A stretch of DNA of 64,000 nt, taken from the sequence record NZ_CP016173.1; one strand, written 5' to 3'. The translations under genes and the position numbers were made by a program. The stretch is from a plasmid. Of the stretch, positions 1 to 8,679 are shown one piece after another. The notes under the pieces were generated by a model. It worked only from the letters and a program-made list of their open reading frames with translations. It was not told the DNA's origin and did no database searches. How positions within the stretch are numbered: position 1 is the first letter of the stretch; every line of letters starts with the position of its first letter.

Positions 1-798
1 ATTTGTGCGCAAGTAGAGGTTGTTGTGGTACGACCACGCGACAGTGCCTTCGAGCCCACGCACGCGCAGCCTTTTTGCTTGCTCGGGCGGAGTTCCATCC
101 ATGAAATAGGGCAGATCGCTGTCGATCGTAGGAAGCGACGTGATGCTGACCGTGCCTGATGCATCCGGGTTTCTGCCCGGAACCTTGGCGTCAACTCGAA
201 CATCCACGTCGTCTTGGCCGCTAATAAGCGTCAAGATGACCGGCGTTGAAAGGCCATTGAGCTGTACAGACACGTTTCCGTAAACCACGGGGCTAAGTGG
301 CTCAAGAGCGAGCACATTGGTAGGCGTCTCGTCTTTGCCCGCGCCCCCTCCTTCCGTATGTCCGTCGCTAAACAACTGCCGATTGAGCGACACCCGCTTG
401 ATCATCCATGGATTGCCATTTACGTCGGAGAAGACGATAGAGGACTGCTGCCCCCGAGATAGCCGAATAATGGGTGGTGGTACCCCTGGTTCCAGATTCA
501 CGGCGAGGGTCCGGGTAACAGGCCTTGCAGGGGCGACGTAAGGGGTGGCTTTGTAGCCCTCTCTTTGCAGATAAAGCCGCTTTACGCGGGCAGTTTGTTC
601 AGGGGTGAGTTGCAGCTGCTCCAGATCTCGGATCATGTCCTCCGAAATCTGTGCGTCGCTTGGATACTCGACCCTGGGCGCGGCTGCGCCCAAATTATTG
701 GGAGGCATCGGTGGCGGTGGCGGCGGTGCGTCCTGTGCTTGCCCGAGCGAGGCGTAGCTCAGGCATAGTGCGACGACGAAAGATCGGTACCGGCGCAT
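1..798 (-). CDS. IcmK/DotH/TraN-like T4BSS outer-membrane core protein, partial (3' end runs off the window)
   Basis: Hand translation of the minus strand from ATG (rc of 796-798) gives MRRYRSFVVALCLSYASLGQA (signal peptide) then Pro-rich region and a continuous reading frame to position 1. The start lies 5 nt after the IcmL-like stop. Gene order icmM-icmL-icmK matches Legionella and R64 traLMN. Not in the ORF track because no stop occurs within the window. Confidence 0.5.
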   Translation of the reverse strand, partial: MRRYRSFVVALCLSYASLGQAQDAPPPPPPMPPNNLGAAAPRVEYPSDAQISEDMIRDLEQLQLTPEQTARVKRLYLQREGYKATPYVAPARPVTRTLAVNLEPGVPPPIIRLSRGQQSSIVFSDVNGNPWMIKRVSLNRQLFSDGHTEGGGAGKDETPTNVLALEPLSPVVYGNVSVQLNGLSTPVILTLISGQDDVDVRVDAKVPGRNPDASGTVSITSLPTIDSDLPYFMDGTPPEQAKRLRVRGLEGTVAWSYHNNLYLRTN

Positions 799-802
799 CG
801 CT

Positions 803-1579
803 TCAATTCCGGGGAGGCTTGAGGACGACTGACTCCACCGCGATGCCCTTCTGGTTGGCGGCGGACGCCTGTATGCGTACTACCTTCACTGAAGCGCGAA
901 ACTCCTGGCGGGAGAGCGGCTTCTCAGAGCCGCCGACGTAAAACTCGATCGCGATCGGCACAACGACCGTCCAAGATTGGGGGATGCCCGTAGCTGGGGA
1001 CATTTCCTCCAGCTGCGGCGTTCTGGTGGCCATGGAACGAAGAATCAAGCGTCCATCAATCACGCGGCGCAGGTTGCCAGAGCTATCAAGTCCTTCCATG
1101 AAGGCTCTTCGGCCCGCCTCGGTGTACCAACGTGCGGCAGCCTCGTTGATCAAGCTGCGGTAATTCACGTAGTCATATGAATATGAGTTCAGGACCGCAT
1201 CCTTTGCGAAGTTGGTGACATCCGCGCCGCTGACGCGCGGCGTGCTTTCGGGGGTCACCTCGCAGATGGCGCGGTTATCTGTGGTGGGGATGTACCGATA
1301 CTTCGGGAAGGCGTAGAGCGTCCCAGCGATCACAATCACTAGGCCCCCAGCCAAGACCAGGTTGGTACCCCAGACGCGCAAGTTCCGGCGCTTCAGGTGC
1401 ACAACTTCCAGTTGAAGCCGCGACACCTCGCGTAGTACCGATGGCGCTTCGCCTGGCGTGGTGTCGGACGCAAGCTGCAGGAGGCGATCCTCGGAACCGG
1501 CCCCATCAGTTTTCTGATCTACGCGCGTCTTTTTCTTACCGAACATGGGGGAGTCTCTGCGTGGTTCCATCCAAGACAC
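803..1579 (-). CDS. IcmL/DotI/TraM-like T4BSS inner-membrane protein
   Basis: 258-aa ORF with a single TM helix (LVLAGGLVIVIAGTLYAF) and a C-terminal periplasmic domain resembling the DotI/IcmL family. Lies between IcmM-like and IcmK-like genes. True start may be the internal Met at 1546 or 1570. Confidence 0.55.
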   Translation of the reverse strand: MSWMEPRRDSPMFGKKKTRVDQKTDGAGSEDRLLQLASDTTPGEAPSVLREVSRLQLEVVHLKRRNLRVWGTNLVLAGGLVIVIAGTLYAFPKYRYIPTTDNRAICEVTPESTPRVSGADVTNFAKDAVLNSYSYDYVNYRSLINEAAARWYTEAGRRAFMEGLDSSGNLRRVIDGRLILRSMATRTPQLEEMSPATGIPQSWTVVVPIAIEFYVGGSEKPLSRQEFRASVKVVRIQASAANQKGIAVESVVLKPPRN

Positions 1580-1811
1580 AGACCGTCGCGGTCCCGTCGT
1601 AAAAGCTGATGTTCTCCAGATTAGAGAAGGCCAGCAGCCATGCCGTCAGAAGCAACAACAGACAAAGCAGGATGGGGTTGAGCAGTTCCCCCGCTTGCGC
1701 CACAGCGGACAACAAGCGGCAGAAGCGGCGCAAGCCTCGGGTGTCAATCTCCCTTCTCGGATGACCCCACGAGCTGCCAGATGTCCGCGTAAGCATAGTA
1801 GTTTTCTCCAA
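1536..1811 (-). CDS. Small membrane protein, IcmM/DotJ-like by size and position
   Basis: 91 aa with a hydrophobic segment (ILLCLLLLLTAWLLAF). Immediately upstream of the IcmL-like gene. Legionella IcmM is about 94 aa and sits in the same position. Confidence 0.35.
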   Translation of the reverse strand: MEKTTMLTRTSGSSWGHPRREIDTRGLRRFCRLLSAVAQAGELLNPILLCLLLLLTAWLLAFSNLENISFYDGTATVCVLDGTTQRLPHVR

Positions 1812-1834
1812 TCAGCGTGACATTCTAGCGGGAA

Positions 1835-1931
1835 ATTAGAAATGCGCAACGAGAAGAATTTGATGCAGCCTCATCAAATTCCTTATCGTCATCAAATTTT
1901 GATGTCGCGTCGGCTGGCTGATTAGAAATGA
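1835..1931. promoter_or_regulatory. Repeat-rich candidate promoter/operator region upstream of the leftward icmM-L-K-like operon
   Basis: Direct repeats ATTAGAAATG at 1835-1844 and 1921-1930. Inverted repeat GAATTTGATG (1856-1865) / CATCAAATTC (1873-1882). Palindrome CATCAAATTTTGATG at 1890-1904. Confidence 0.4.
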
Positions 1932-2357
1932 TATGCGGTCGTCCTGCCACACGCTGACCCGGCTCCCAGCGCAAACTTGGCGCAAAGAACGCGTATTGAA
2001 AGCGTATGTAGTGCGGGATCTACGCGCAAGTATCGGAGCGATACAGCGTTAAAAATGCGCGTACTACCGCCATTAGAGTGCAGCCATAGCGGCTCCACCG
2101 CGCGGTGCGGCAACAAGGCGCCAGTTAGGTGGTCGCCTTTGCAATCCGCTGGCACCTGGGTCACGCGGTAGAACTTTTGACGCGTGGTTCACGTTATTAC
2201 TGCCCAGGCTCAGAGCAAGCGGCTGCGCTGGTGCCAGCGCCCCGACTAGGCGGACGCGGTGGGCAGCGTTGTAGCGTTTCGAAATGGCCTTCGGCAGGGC
2301 TAAAGGGCGTGCATCACAAGGGCTATTGGTATTTCATCGGTCGGTCGAAGCAGATTG

Positions 2358-3503
2358 TCACATGGCGCCGGGGCTCTTGAGCCACTCCGTAGCTGCCTGG
2401 AGCGTCCGGTCGTCCGGTCGAGCCACATCGGGCTTTGGCGATTGCCCGCTGACAGCCATAAGCGACTCTGGGGATGGGCGAAATGTGTTTTTCATCCATC
2501 CACTCATTTTTTTGCCATAGTGACTCTTTGCGGTGGCCGGGCTCACATGCCCAAACAGGGCCGCAATTTCACGATCGGTCAGCCCACTGGCTTTGGCATT
2601 GGCTACAGCTTGGTGACGGCTGCTATACAGGGTTGGACGTGCGGCGGAGCCTGGTCGATACCCTGCCCTCTTGAGCGCGTTGGACATGCAGTGCCGGAGC
2701 GGGCCGAAAAAAGACTTTGCGAGCTGATCTTGAGAAAGCGTCGGGTTCTTGGCTCGATGCGCTTCGATGAGTCCAAGAAAGTGAAGCAGTGTGGCCAGGT
2801 CTTCCGCGCTGATGGAATGCAGGAGGATCTCTCGGTGGGTTCCGTTGGCACGCCCGTGTGATGCCTTGCTATTACGCACTATGAGCCCGAGGCAGGAACT
2901 GCGCGCTCGCGCATTGGGGCCAAGGTATGAAAATGTCGCCGCGTCAAACCATTCCTCCGGGCGCAACCCAACAAGCAGGTTTGCTCTCAGAAAGGCGAGC
3001 AAAGTCCCCACGTAAACCACGCCAGGGGTGCTTTTCCCATAGAGCTCCAGGGTATCGAGTGCGTCCTTGGGGAGCGCCTTCAGTTTAGGACTCGAAGTTT
3101 GTGACGTTCGGCGCGGTAAGGAGTTGGTTGCAAGCGCGCGGACGCTTTCGTAGGCCTGTTCGTACTCGCTTAGCCCATCGCTGCCATGGGCAATGACAGC
3201 CTGCGCCGTTTCTGCGAGCCAGAAGAGGACTGCCGCCTTCAAGGAGCGGGCCGTAGCCTGGGCGATTTTCTGCTGTGCGAACAGCCAGGCCAGGTGTGCA
3301 GCCATCCTGGCCGGAGTGACCTTGGTGGCATTTCCCTCAGCGGCGCGGATCTGGTTTTCGAGGACCAGAATTTTTCGGGCGTAGTCATCGCGGCTTTTGC
3401 TCTGCAGGCTGGCGCCAACCCACTCTTCGCTGCTGATGCGATCAATAAGCGTTAGCGGCGTTTTGCTGCCATCGATTCGAACGTTGCCATCATTGATTGC
3501 CAT
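2358..3503 (-). CDS. Tyrosine recombinase / integrase-like protein (int1)
   Basis: 381 aa. C-terminal catalytic-like region LYSSRHQAVANAKASGLTDREIAALFGHVSPATAKSHYGKK (R-H..., GH...HY) and an upstream GLRPEEW box-I-like Arg. Lies between divergent T4BSS blocks. Confidence 0.6.
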   Translation of the reverse strand: MAINDGNVRIDGSKTPLTLIDRISSEEWVGASLQSKSRDDYARKILVLENQIRAAEGNATKVTPARMAAHLAWLFAQQKIAQATARSLKAAVLFWLAETAQAVIAHGSDGLSEYEQAYESVRALATNSLPRRTSQTSSPKLKALPKDALDTLELYGKSTPGVVYVGTLLAFLRANLLVGLRPEEWFDAATFSYLGPNARARSSCLGLIVRNSKASHGRANGTHREILLHSISAEDLATLLHFLGLIEAHRAKNPTLSQDQLAKSFFGPLRHCMSNALKRAGYRPGSAARPTLYSSRHQAVANAKASGLTDREIAALFGHVSPATAKSHYGKKMSGWMKNTFRPSPESLMAVSGQSPKPDVARPDDRTLQAATEWLKSPGAM

Positions 3504-3730
3504 TGAGGTTCCTTGGCGGATGTTGCGGGCCCGTGGCCCCAGCGGCGAAGTGTGTCGCCAATGGGTTCGCAGCCTTCGGGGTGTGCATGGGCGGGGCGTG
3601 CCGCCAACCAGGTGTCATTGCGGCGTTCCGTGCTGACAAGCAGCTTGAGTTGATCGCATGGGGGGGCTGGCTGGTCACATGTCCCGTTACTTCCCATACG
3701 TTGCCTCGTACACATATATTCACTCGCGTG

Positions 3731-3801
3731 TTCATTGAAAACGTCATTCGTTATTGCGGCTATTAAGCCCATTGCGGTAACAGAAAGTCGCGTTCATTGA
3801 A
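3731..3801. promoter_or_regulatory. Two copies of palindromic TTCATTGAA, candidate operator or att-associated sites upstream of int1
   Basis: TTCATTGAA at 3731-3739 and 3793-3801 within an AT-richer stretch about 230-300 bp upstream of the int1 start. ATTGCGG is also repeated at 3753 and 3771. Confidence 0.3.
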
Positions 3802-3832
3802 GCGGCTAGTGCATGTTATTTGAGATGCAGGC

Positions 3833-3864
3833 GGTTTGCATAGTATGTGCAGACCTTTTTTTTG
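3833..3864 (+). terminator. Rho-independent terminator-like hairpin with a 9-T run (orphan; no annotated plus-strand gene ends just upstream)
   Basis: GGTTTGCA (3833-3840), loop TAGTATG, TGCAGACC (3848-3855), then TTTTTTTTT (3856-3864). 8-bp stem with one G-U wobble. Confidence 0.5.
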
Positions 3865-4091
3865 TGGTGTACAGGGACGGGAAGTAACGGGAAGCTGCTG
3901 GACCGTGACCATCCCAAGTCGGTCGGCGATCACGTTTCAATTCGAATGCCCGGCACGGCCTAAGAAATTTGTTCTCCGTATCCGCAGACGTTTCTCATAC
4001 GGCGGGCAGCAATGCGTAGTTTTGTGGCAGCAAGCAGTCGTGTTGCCGTCTGAAAAACGTAATGAAGTTGCGCGCACCTGGCAGACAGAGC

Positions 4092-4106
4092 GTAAACATT
4101 GCGTCA
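4092..4106 (+). promoter_or_regulatory. Variant copy of the recurrent motif GTAAACA[A/T]TGCGT[A/C]A upstream of the dotD-C-B-like operon
   Basis: GTAAACATTGCGTCA followed by TAATGG. Compare 23608-23622 and 28139-28153. Confidence 0.35.
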
Positions 4107-4387
4107 TAATGGCGTGAGCTGTGCGATTATAACGTGGTGGTATGAGTAGAAACCGCGTACGGAACAGTGTGACGACTGCGCGGGTACCGTGTGTCAAAAA
4201 AGCTGAGTTTTGATGCCAGGGCGTTGTCTGTGCGTCGAGAATGTGTAATGATTCGGCTGGGCTCGGAGCCACGGCCTTGTATGGCTGTGCCAGCGAACGG
4301 ACGCAAGGCGTGTCGTACGGTCTTTTGCGTTCGGCGATAAACCTTAGAAAATTGACGTTATACGTTCTTGAGTGGAGCCATTACATG

Positions 4388-4870
4388 ATCTGGAAGATAA
4401 GGCGAGCGTGGGTCGTCCTGGCGGTATTCCTCGGCGGATGCTCCTCACTCCGGCCTGGTGACGACGTGACCCCCGACGTGTACGCAAATCGCCTAATGGC
4501 GGACAAGATGGCGGTGGCCGCGGATGCTCAGCGGCAGTACGCCGCCCTAGTGGCGGAAGGCAAAGCGAGGGTTGAGCGTAAGCAAGAGATGCTGGAACTG
4601 GACCTCATCAACGTCGATTACATCGGCTTGCCCCAGGAGCTGCTCCAGACTCTCGCGTACCGGTACGGTTATCGGTACGTCGAGGTGGGGCAGCCCACCC
4701 AACTTCGCGCTATCAACATAAAGATGACGAGCGTGACCCCGACGGATGTGCTGCGTTCTATCGGGCAGCAGATTGACCGGCAAGCCGACGTGGTGCTGAG
4801 CATGCCGGCAAGGACTATCCGGCTCACCTACAAAACCCCGGTGCCAGCAGGCGGCAAAAAGAGGGGATAG
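4388..4870 (+). CDS. DotD/TraH-like T4BSS lipoprotein
   Basis: Start chosen at the internal Met giving MIWKIRRAWVVLAVFLGGCSS (signal peptide plus LGGC lipobox), about 160 aa. Sits directly upstream of DotC-like and DotB-like genes as in the dotDCB / R64 traHIJ arrangement. RBS GAGTGGAG lies upstream. Confidence 0.45.
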   Translation: MWKIRRAWVVLAVFLGGCSSLRPGDDVTPDVYANRLMADKMAVAADAQRQYAALVAEGKARVERKQEMLELDLINVDYIGLPQELLQTLAYRYGYRYVEVGQPTQLRAINIKMTSVTPTDVLRSIGQQIDRQADVVLSMPARTIRLTYKTPVPAGGKKRG

Positions 4871-4873
4871 GCC

Positions 4874-5821
4874 ATGCCGATGGATATGCCGCCCATGAGC
4901 CTGGAGCAGGCCCAGCGGCTCTATGAGGGGTCTGCTTACGTCGAAGTGGTGGATCAGTCTCGTGGTGGCAGCGCGGCGACCGCTGCCGCGCTCATGGCGC
5001 AGCAGAACGATGCCCAACGCGCACGGTCGCAGGCGCTTCTGGATACCGCGTTGGGCATCGGTGTCAAGGCCGGCATTGCCTGGCAACTGGACAAGATCCG
5101 ACGTGACGTGAAGGCCAACGAGCGAAAGCTGGACACGATCTACGACTTCGGCAATTTGATGATTCAGGGCCGGGTGGTGCCGCCCGTGATCGTGCAGGCG
5201 ACTGATCTTTATAACCAGGACGGCGATCTTACGCTTCGACTTTCTGGGGCCTATTACAAAATCGAGTCCCAGGCAAAGTTCGCTTCCGTAGCACCGTCTT
5301 GGCGTGGTTACCTGTCATTCCCGACTGCGGGGACGTTGCCCTCATCTTTCAACATGATCAAGCCCGCGACTTCGGCGGAAAAGAGTCTGTGGGAGCAAGG
5401 GGTCGCTGATGGTTGGCGTCAAGGAATAGAGCAGGCCGACATCATGCTGGAGCACTCGATGGACAGGCTCAATCGAGACTTCATAGGCATGCTTCGCTTC
5501 CACGAGTTTGTTCTGCAGGGGAAGATAACCATGCCGCTTATTGCGAGCGAGTCCATCCCTGTGACGAACAACGGCTCGACCATGGCGGTGGACGAGACGC
5601 TGTTGCGCATTACGGCGCTATCGGAGTTCGACGGCGATATGAAGAAATGGACGGGTCTCACGCCTTCGGCAGCGCCGAACAGCGATGTTCGCACACCGTG
5701 GATCACATCGGCGCCCCGTGCGGCGGCGCCGGCGCCTAGCAGCGCCACGGCCCAGACCTTTCCCGTAGTAGGGCAGGGGAGTTCAGTCCCGAGCGGGGTG
5801 GTGGATGGACACGACAATTGA
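4874..5821 (+). CDS. DotC/TraI-like T4BSS protein
   Basis: 315 aa, encoded between the DotD-like and DotB-like genes. The call rests mainly on conserved gene order plus size. No obvious N-terminal signal peptide was seen, so it is tentative. Confidence 0.4.
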   Translation: MPMDMPPMSLEQAQRLYEGSAYVEVVDQSRGGSAATAAALMAQQNDAQRARSQALLDTALGIGVKAGIAWQLDKIRRDVKANERKLDTIYDFGNLMIQGRVVPPVIVQATDLYNQDGDLTLRLSGAYYKIESQAKFASVAPSWRGYLSFPTAGTLPSSFNMIKPATSAEKSLWEQGVADGWRQGIEQADIMLEHSMDRLNRDFIGMLRFHEFVLQGKITMPLIASESIPVTNNGSTMAVDETLLRITALSEFDGDMKKWTGLTPSAAPNSDVRTPWITSAPRAAAPAPSSATAQTFPVVGQGSSVPSGVVDGHDN

Positions 5822-7004
5822 CAATGGCGGCGAACCTGGAGCGCTCCTGGAGCGGCTGGAGTGGAGGACCGCATATCGAGATCCGTTCAGGTTCCAAACC
5901 TCGGAGGACTTCAAGGCTCTGATGCTGGAGACCCTTGCGCAGGGGGCCAGCGATATCCTGATTCAGCCCGGATATCCGGTTTGTGCCGAAGTGAACGGAG
6001 GCCTCCGGGCTGTCAGTCACCGCGCGCTCGATGATAGCGAAGTGCGCGAAATCCTCGTCCTGTGCGCAAACCGCGATACAGCGTGGACCGATATCGTCGG
6101 TGGAACGGCAGTCAACACTCGGTATGAGGTCTTTGATCCAAAGCTACGTGATTTCCGGGGCGACAAGGTGCGGCACAAGTATCGCGTCAATGCGTCGCCG
6201 ATTGCATACCACGGGCAGACATCATGCCAAATAGTGATGCGAGCCATTGCGAAAGATCCTCCGGTTTATACGGAACTGGGGCTGACGGAAGACATTGTTC
6301 GCGCTGCATGTCCGGAGGACGGCATAGTGTACGTCGCTGGGCGTACTGGGTCTGGAAAGACGACCACCTTTGCATCGATTCTTCGCTTCATTCTTGAGAA
6401 TGACACGCCTATAAAAGGCAATCTAGTTACTCACGAAGAGCCGATTGAATTCACTTTTGAGTCGATCGCCAGCAAGCACTCGATAATTGTACAGTCCCAG
6501 ATCCCCACCCATTTTGCGGATTTTTACGCTGCCAACCGTGAGGCGATGCGGCGTAAGCCAGGCCTCATAATGATTGGCGAAATGAGGGATGAAGAGACAA
6601 TCCGTGCAGCGGTGGAAGCCTCACAGACCGGACATCCAGTATTCGGTACGGTGCACGCCACTAACGTCGCTTCTGTTGTGCGCAGGCTTATTTCCAGATT
6701 CCCTGAGGCTGAGCGCGCTACAGCGATCTACGACATTATCGAAAGCGCCCGCTTTATTATGGCGCAAACTCTAGTGCCGGGCGCAAATGGGCGTCGAGTT
6801 GCAGCGCGAGAGTGGTTGCAATGCGATCAGAGGGTTCGAGATGAGCTCATGGTCATGTCCGATATGGGGCGAGTGACGGGTACGCTCCGAGACATCATGC
6901 GGGCGCGGGGCTGGTCGTTCGTCCAGGAGGCCGACAGGTTGCTCGCAGATGGCGCCATCAGTGCCGCCACGGCGGCACAACTGCGTCAAAAAGCCGAGGC
7001 TTAG
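5805..7004 (+). CDS. DotB/TraJ-like secretion ATPase (PilT/VirB11 family)
   Basis: Walker A GRTGSGKTT; MIGEMRD (GE[IL]RD-type motif); His-box GHPVFGTVHATN. 399 aa. Overlaps the upstream gene, which suggests translational coupling. Confidence 0.8.
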   Translation: MDTTIDNGGEPGALLERLEWRTAYRDPFRFQTSEDFKALMLETLAQGASDILIQPGYPVCAEVNGGLRAVSHRALDDSEVREILVLCANRDTAWTDIVGGTAVNTRYEVFDPKLRDFRGDKVRHKYRVNASPIAYHGQTSCQIVMRAIAKDPPVYTELGLTEDIVRAACPEDGIVYVAGRTGSGKTTTFASILRFILENDTPIKGNLVTHEEPIEFTFESIASKHSIIVQSQIPTHFADFYAANREAMRRKPGLIMIGEMRDEETIRAAVEASQTGHPVFGTVHATNVASVVRRLISRFPEAERATAIYDIIESARFIMAQTLVPGANGRRVAAREWLQCDQRVRDELMVMSDMGRVTGTLRDIMRARGWSFVQEADRLLADGAISAATAAQLRQKAEA

Positions 7005-7157
7005 CGTCGGCGACGGACGACAGTGCGTGACAATGGTGGCAGACAGTGTTGACACGGCGGTTGTATCGCGCGATGTTGTGTGGTACGATCGCGCCACATG
7101 TCGCCTTGATAGTGTCAAGAGTGTGTAATCAATTTGATAAGGGTGGCGTGAGGAAGC

Positions 7158-7430
7158 ATGAATAAAGGCCGTTATCACTGGTCGAATTTGGCCCGAGAGG
7201 TTTTGTTCTTTGCTGTCCATTGGGCTGCTGCCGTGCCGTGGATTGTCCTGATTTTTTATCAGACCTGGACCATTTTCAGCGCGGCAATCCTGTCAGTCCT
7301 GGTGCTGTTTTACGTACGCTTCATTTCCAAAATGACGTTGCCTGCTGCATGGCGGTCTGTTTGGTACTTGATAAGTGGGCGTGAAAAAGCAACGAATAAC
7401 TGGTTTAAAGAATTTATTCGTCAACGATAA
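7158..7430 (+). CDS. Small two-TM membrane protein, IcmT/TraK-like by position
   Basis: 90 aa with two hydrophobic helices. Follows the DotB-like gene as traK follows traJ in R64. Preceded by an AT-richer intergenic region (7005-7157). Confidence 0.3.
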   Translation: MNKGRYHWSNLAREVLFFAVHWAAAVPWIVLIFYQTWTIFSAAILSVLVLFYVRFISKMTLPAAWRSVWYLISGREKATNNWFKEFIRQR

Positions 7431-7454
7431 ATAAACTGCGAAGGGTAGGTACAT

Positions 7455-8462
7455 ATGGGCAAGGTAAGTGTTGTCGGCGTGGATGATGGCCACTACGCGA
7501 TCAAGGTGGTCCTGGAGAACGGGACGACTTTTTCTGTGCCGTCGCGCGGCCGCGCGGGGCGCCATATGATTTCCTGGCAAAGCGACGAGGCTGGCCTGTA
7601 CAAGACGGAAGAAGGTCATGATTTCACGGTGCACGAGCATCTTGAAGGCACCGACGACACGAGGTTTGCAGACTACCCGCGCTCGCCTCTGAATCGGGTG
7701 TTGGTCCATCACGCTTTGCGCAAAGCGGGCCTCTCTGGTAAAGATGTGTCCATCGCTACTGGGTTGCCGGTGTCCTATTACTACCTGGCCGATGGGCAGC
7801 GTAACGACGCACTGATCCACGCCAAGCAGGAGAATCTGCGCAAGAAGGTGAGCAGCGGTGGGCAGCCTATGGCGAACATCGTAAAGAACGTGGTGACCAC
7901 GGAAGCGATTGCTGCCTATTTCGATCAACTCATCGATATGGACGGTTCCCCTTCCGAACAGTTCGAGACTCTCAACGATTCCGTGGTCGGCGTCATCGAT
8001 ATCGGCGGAAAGACGACCGACTGCGCCGTGATCTTCCCCGGTGGACAGCAGGTGAATACGGAGCGTTCGGGTTCTAACGATGTTGGCGTTCTCAGTCTTT
8101 ACAGTGCTATCGAGTCGAGGCTGCGGTCGCAATTCGACTTGGACAACGTTCCCCCGCGAATAATCGAACATGCAATCAAGACGGGAACGGTCAAGCTTTC
8201 GGGACAGGTCGAGGACGTACGAGAGTTGTTGGTCCGCGAGAAGGAAAACCTGGCCGAACAGATTATGGCTGGTGTGCGTACCAAAATCGGCTCCGGGAAA
8301 GACTTGGATTCGGTTTTGTTTGTCGGCGGCGGCGCAATCGTGATGGAGGATCAGTTGAAGAAGTATTTCCCGCATCACCGTTTCGCCAAGCAGCCCGAGT
8401 TCGCGAATGCGCGTGGGATGTTCAAAATCGCCAAGTACGTTTTCGGCAACGAGGGTGAGTAA
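7455..8462 (+). CDS. ParM/StbA-like actin-type plasmid segregation ATPase
   Basis: Phosphate-1 motif VGVDDGHYAIKVV; phosphate-2 motif GVIDIGGKTTDCAVI; adenosine motif VLFVGGGA. 335 aa. Confidence 0.7.
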   Translation: MGKVSVVGVDDGHYAIKVVLENGTTFSVPSRGRAGRHMISWQSDEAGLYKTEEGHDFTVHEHLEGTDDTRFADYPRSPLNRVLVHHALRKAGLSGKDVSIATGLPVSYYYLADGQRNDALIHAKQENLRKKVSSGGQPMANIVKNVVTTEAIAAYFDQLIDMDGSPSEQFETLNDSVVGVIDIGGKTTDCAVIFPGGQQVNTERSGSNDVGVLSLYSAIESRLRSQFDLDNVPPRIIEHAIKTGTVKLSGQVEDVRELLVREKENLAEQIMAGVRTKIGSGKDLDSVLFVGGGAIVMEDQLKKYFPHHRFAKQPEFANARGMFKIAKYVFGNEGE

Positions 8463-8463
8463 G

Positions 8464-8679
8464 ATGGCGAGCAAACCGCTGAGAACCGGCGTGTTGCTTG
8501 CTCCACGCTACCCAGTGGAACGCGATGCAATAGCTCTGCTCAAGGCCGTACCCAGCGGGGAGCGCACAACGTTTTTGCGCTCGCTGGTTTTGATCGGCTA
8601 CAACGATCTTCGTAAAGATCGCGAGCAGGCACGTGAGCGCGTCCAACAACCCAACCGAACAGGGAGCGATCGTGACTAA
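8464..8679 (+). CDS. Small basic protein downstream of parM-like, possible ParR/StbB-like adaptor
   Basis: 71 aa starting MASKPLRTGVLLA, 1 nt after the ParM-like stop. Called from position only. Confidence 0.3.
   Translation: MASKPLRTGVLLAPRYPVERDAIALLKAVPSGERTTFLRSLVLIGYNDLRKDREQARERVQQPNRTGSDRD

Noticed and set aside
317-941. Three plus-strand ORFs (317-541, 565-768, 651-941) at the left edge
   Set aside because: They lie antisense to a continuous minus-strand reading frame that encodes a signal-peptide protein (IcmK/DotH-like), contiguous with the IcmL-like gene. They are typical spurious ORFs in high-GC DNA.
7293-8474. 393-aa minus-strand ORF
   Set aside because: Antisense to the ParM-like gene, which has intact actin-fold motifs. 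It has no start context and its composition is typical of antisense high-GC frames.
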